Assembly: GCF_002113885.1 (NCBI RefSeq)
Contig: NW_018407747.1
Location: 457,654-521,653, forward strand
Source of the DNA: Mizuhopecten yessoensis
Taxonomy: Eukaryota
Length of the DNA: 64,000 nucleotides
Direction of reading: 5' to 3'
The position numbers and the translations under genes are program-made. This document shows, piece by piece, positions 62,833 through 64,000 of the stretch (the first letter of the stretch is position 1; every line of letters starts with the position of its first letter). Below the pieces are notes generated by a model. That model was not told the origin of the DNA. It did no database searches and saw nothing but the letters and a program-made list of their open reading frames with translations.

Positions 62833-64000
62833 TGTATTACATTGTTTCATGTCACATATCAAGTACAGTTATGAATATAAAGAGGCCGATTAATCAAGTA
62901 CATTAATAATTTAGCGGTATTGTTTAGTATATCAATATGAGGGTAGTCGTCATCAGATAACGTCAAGTTATGCTGACAGATGCTGTGTTATTGTCATTTG
63001 TCAAACAACATAACGGTGCTGTTTATACTTTTGTTGATGACAGGACCAGCATTTTCTCATCTGTCGGTTTTATACTCGTAACGTACCGTATATATAGCCT
63101 TTACTTATATTAACACAGTAAGCAATTCAATTATTCTTTTAAAATAATTTATACTTTTAAATAACATGCATCAGATTAATAAAATGATAAATTTTCAAAA
63201 TTGGATATCACGAGCTTACATAACGAACTCTTGAATATGCTGACTCAGCAGAAAAAGGGGGGGGGGGGTCTTGTATCTCAGTAAATGTGTTGAAATCTTG
63301 ATAAATTTGGAGTTTGAATTGATTACTTAAAAAAATATGGAATTATCGAAAGGTTGTAAACAAGACTCCGAACACACCACACCGGCTGTATTTTTTCTTT
63401 CGAAAATTTCTCTTTCTTTCCTTTTTCAAAGAAAAAAAGGTAGTGACTTGTAACAGCTACCATGTGCTGAAGGGCTTTACACCCATTTCTACTTAGTGCG
63501 AGGTTACTGTAATCTAAACAGATTATACATACTTGTGATAACTATGTGAGTTTTATGACTAGCACGACTGATATGAAGAGGATCGACCACGAGAAATCTC
63601 TCTCACCGTAGAACAAAGGTATATTCCGAAGTTTGGGAAAAAGACGAACCACAAGAACGGTCTCCCAGCATCCTTTCTTGCAATTGAACCCATCCCATGT
63701 ACTCACAGCTTCTTGAACGCGCCTGTGTATACCTCTATGATCATGGTGTCAATTCGTAATAAATGCTTTGGTTTACTTTATAAGAGAATGGACTTTTCTT
63801 AACTTGCATAAATTAACAAAACAATCAGGTTTCCTACTAGACTATGAATATACATTTCTATAGGTTTAGAAATATTTCATTTCATAAATCATTCATGCAC
63901 GTACATTAGAACATACATATACAAAGTTACATACACACATTCATAGCTACTTACACAGTTTATTTTGTTATATATTTCTTAATTTTCGTCGTATTTCTTT

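Overview
AT-rich eukaryotic (animal) genomic DNA. The repeat landscape looks most like a bivalve mollusc, which is an inference. Almost the whole window is the 5' part of one filamin gene (FLNA/cheerio family) on the minus strand. I resolved 23 core coding exons with GT-AG boundaries and consistent phases, from the ATG at 62182 to a donor at 2188 (5709 nt, about 1903 aa). They encode the CH1-CH2 actin-binding domain and 17 filamin Ig repeats, ending at the repeat-15 homolog just before hinge 1; the gene continues past the left edge. The first coding intron is about 30.2 kb. Main points of interest: (i) three related, frame-preserving microexons (36, 12 and 51 nt) that would build a tunable Ala/Pro/Gly/Lys linker between Ig2 and Ig3; (ii) further candidate microexons inside Ig2, the Ig11-like repeat and the hinge-1 intron; (iii) a triplicated phase 1-1 exon encoding an Ig8+Ig9-like pair; (iv) tandem copies of an exon end that create decoy donors; (v) intronic RFX X-boxes, CAGGTR clusters and a dispersed GGGAGRTAA motif. 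Also present: a 23 x 41 bp minisatellite, a tRNA-derived SINE-like head and HINE/MITE-like remnants. No CRISPR or prokaryotic features were found.
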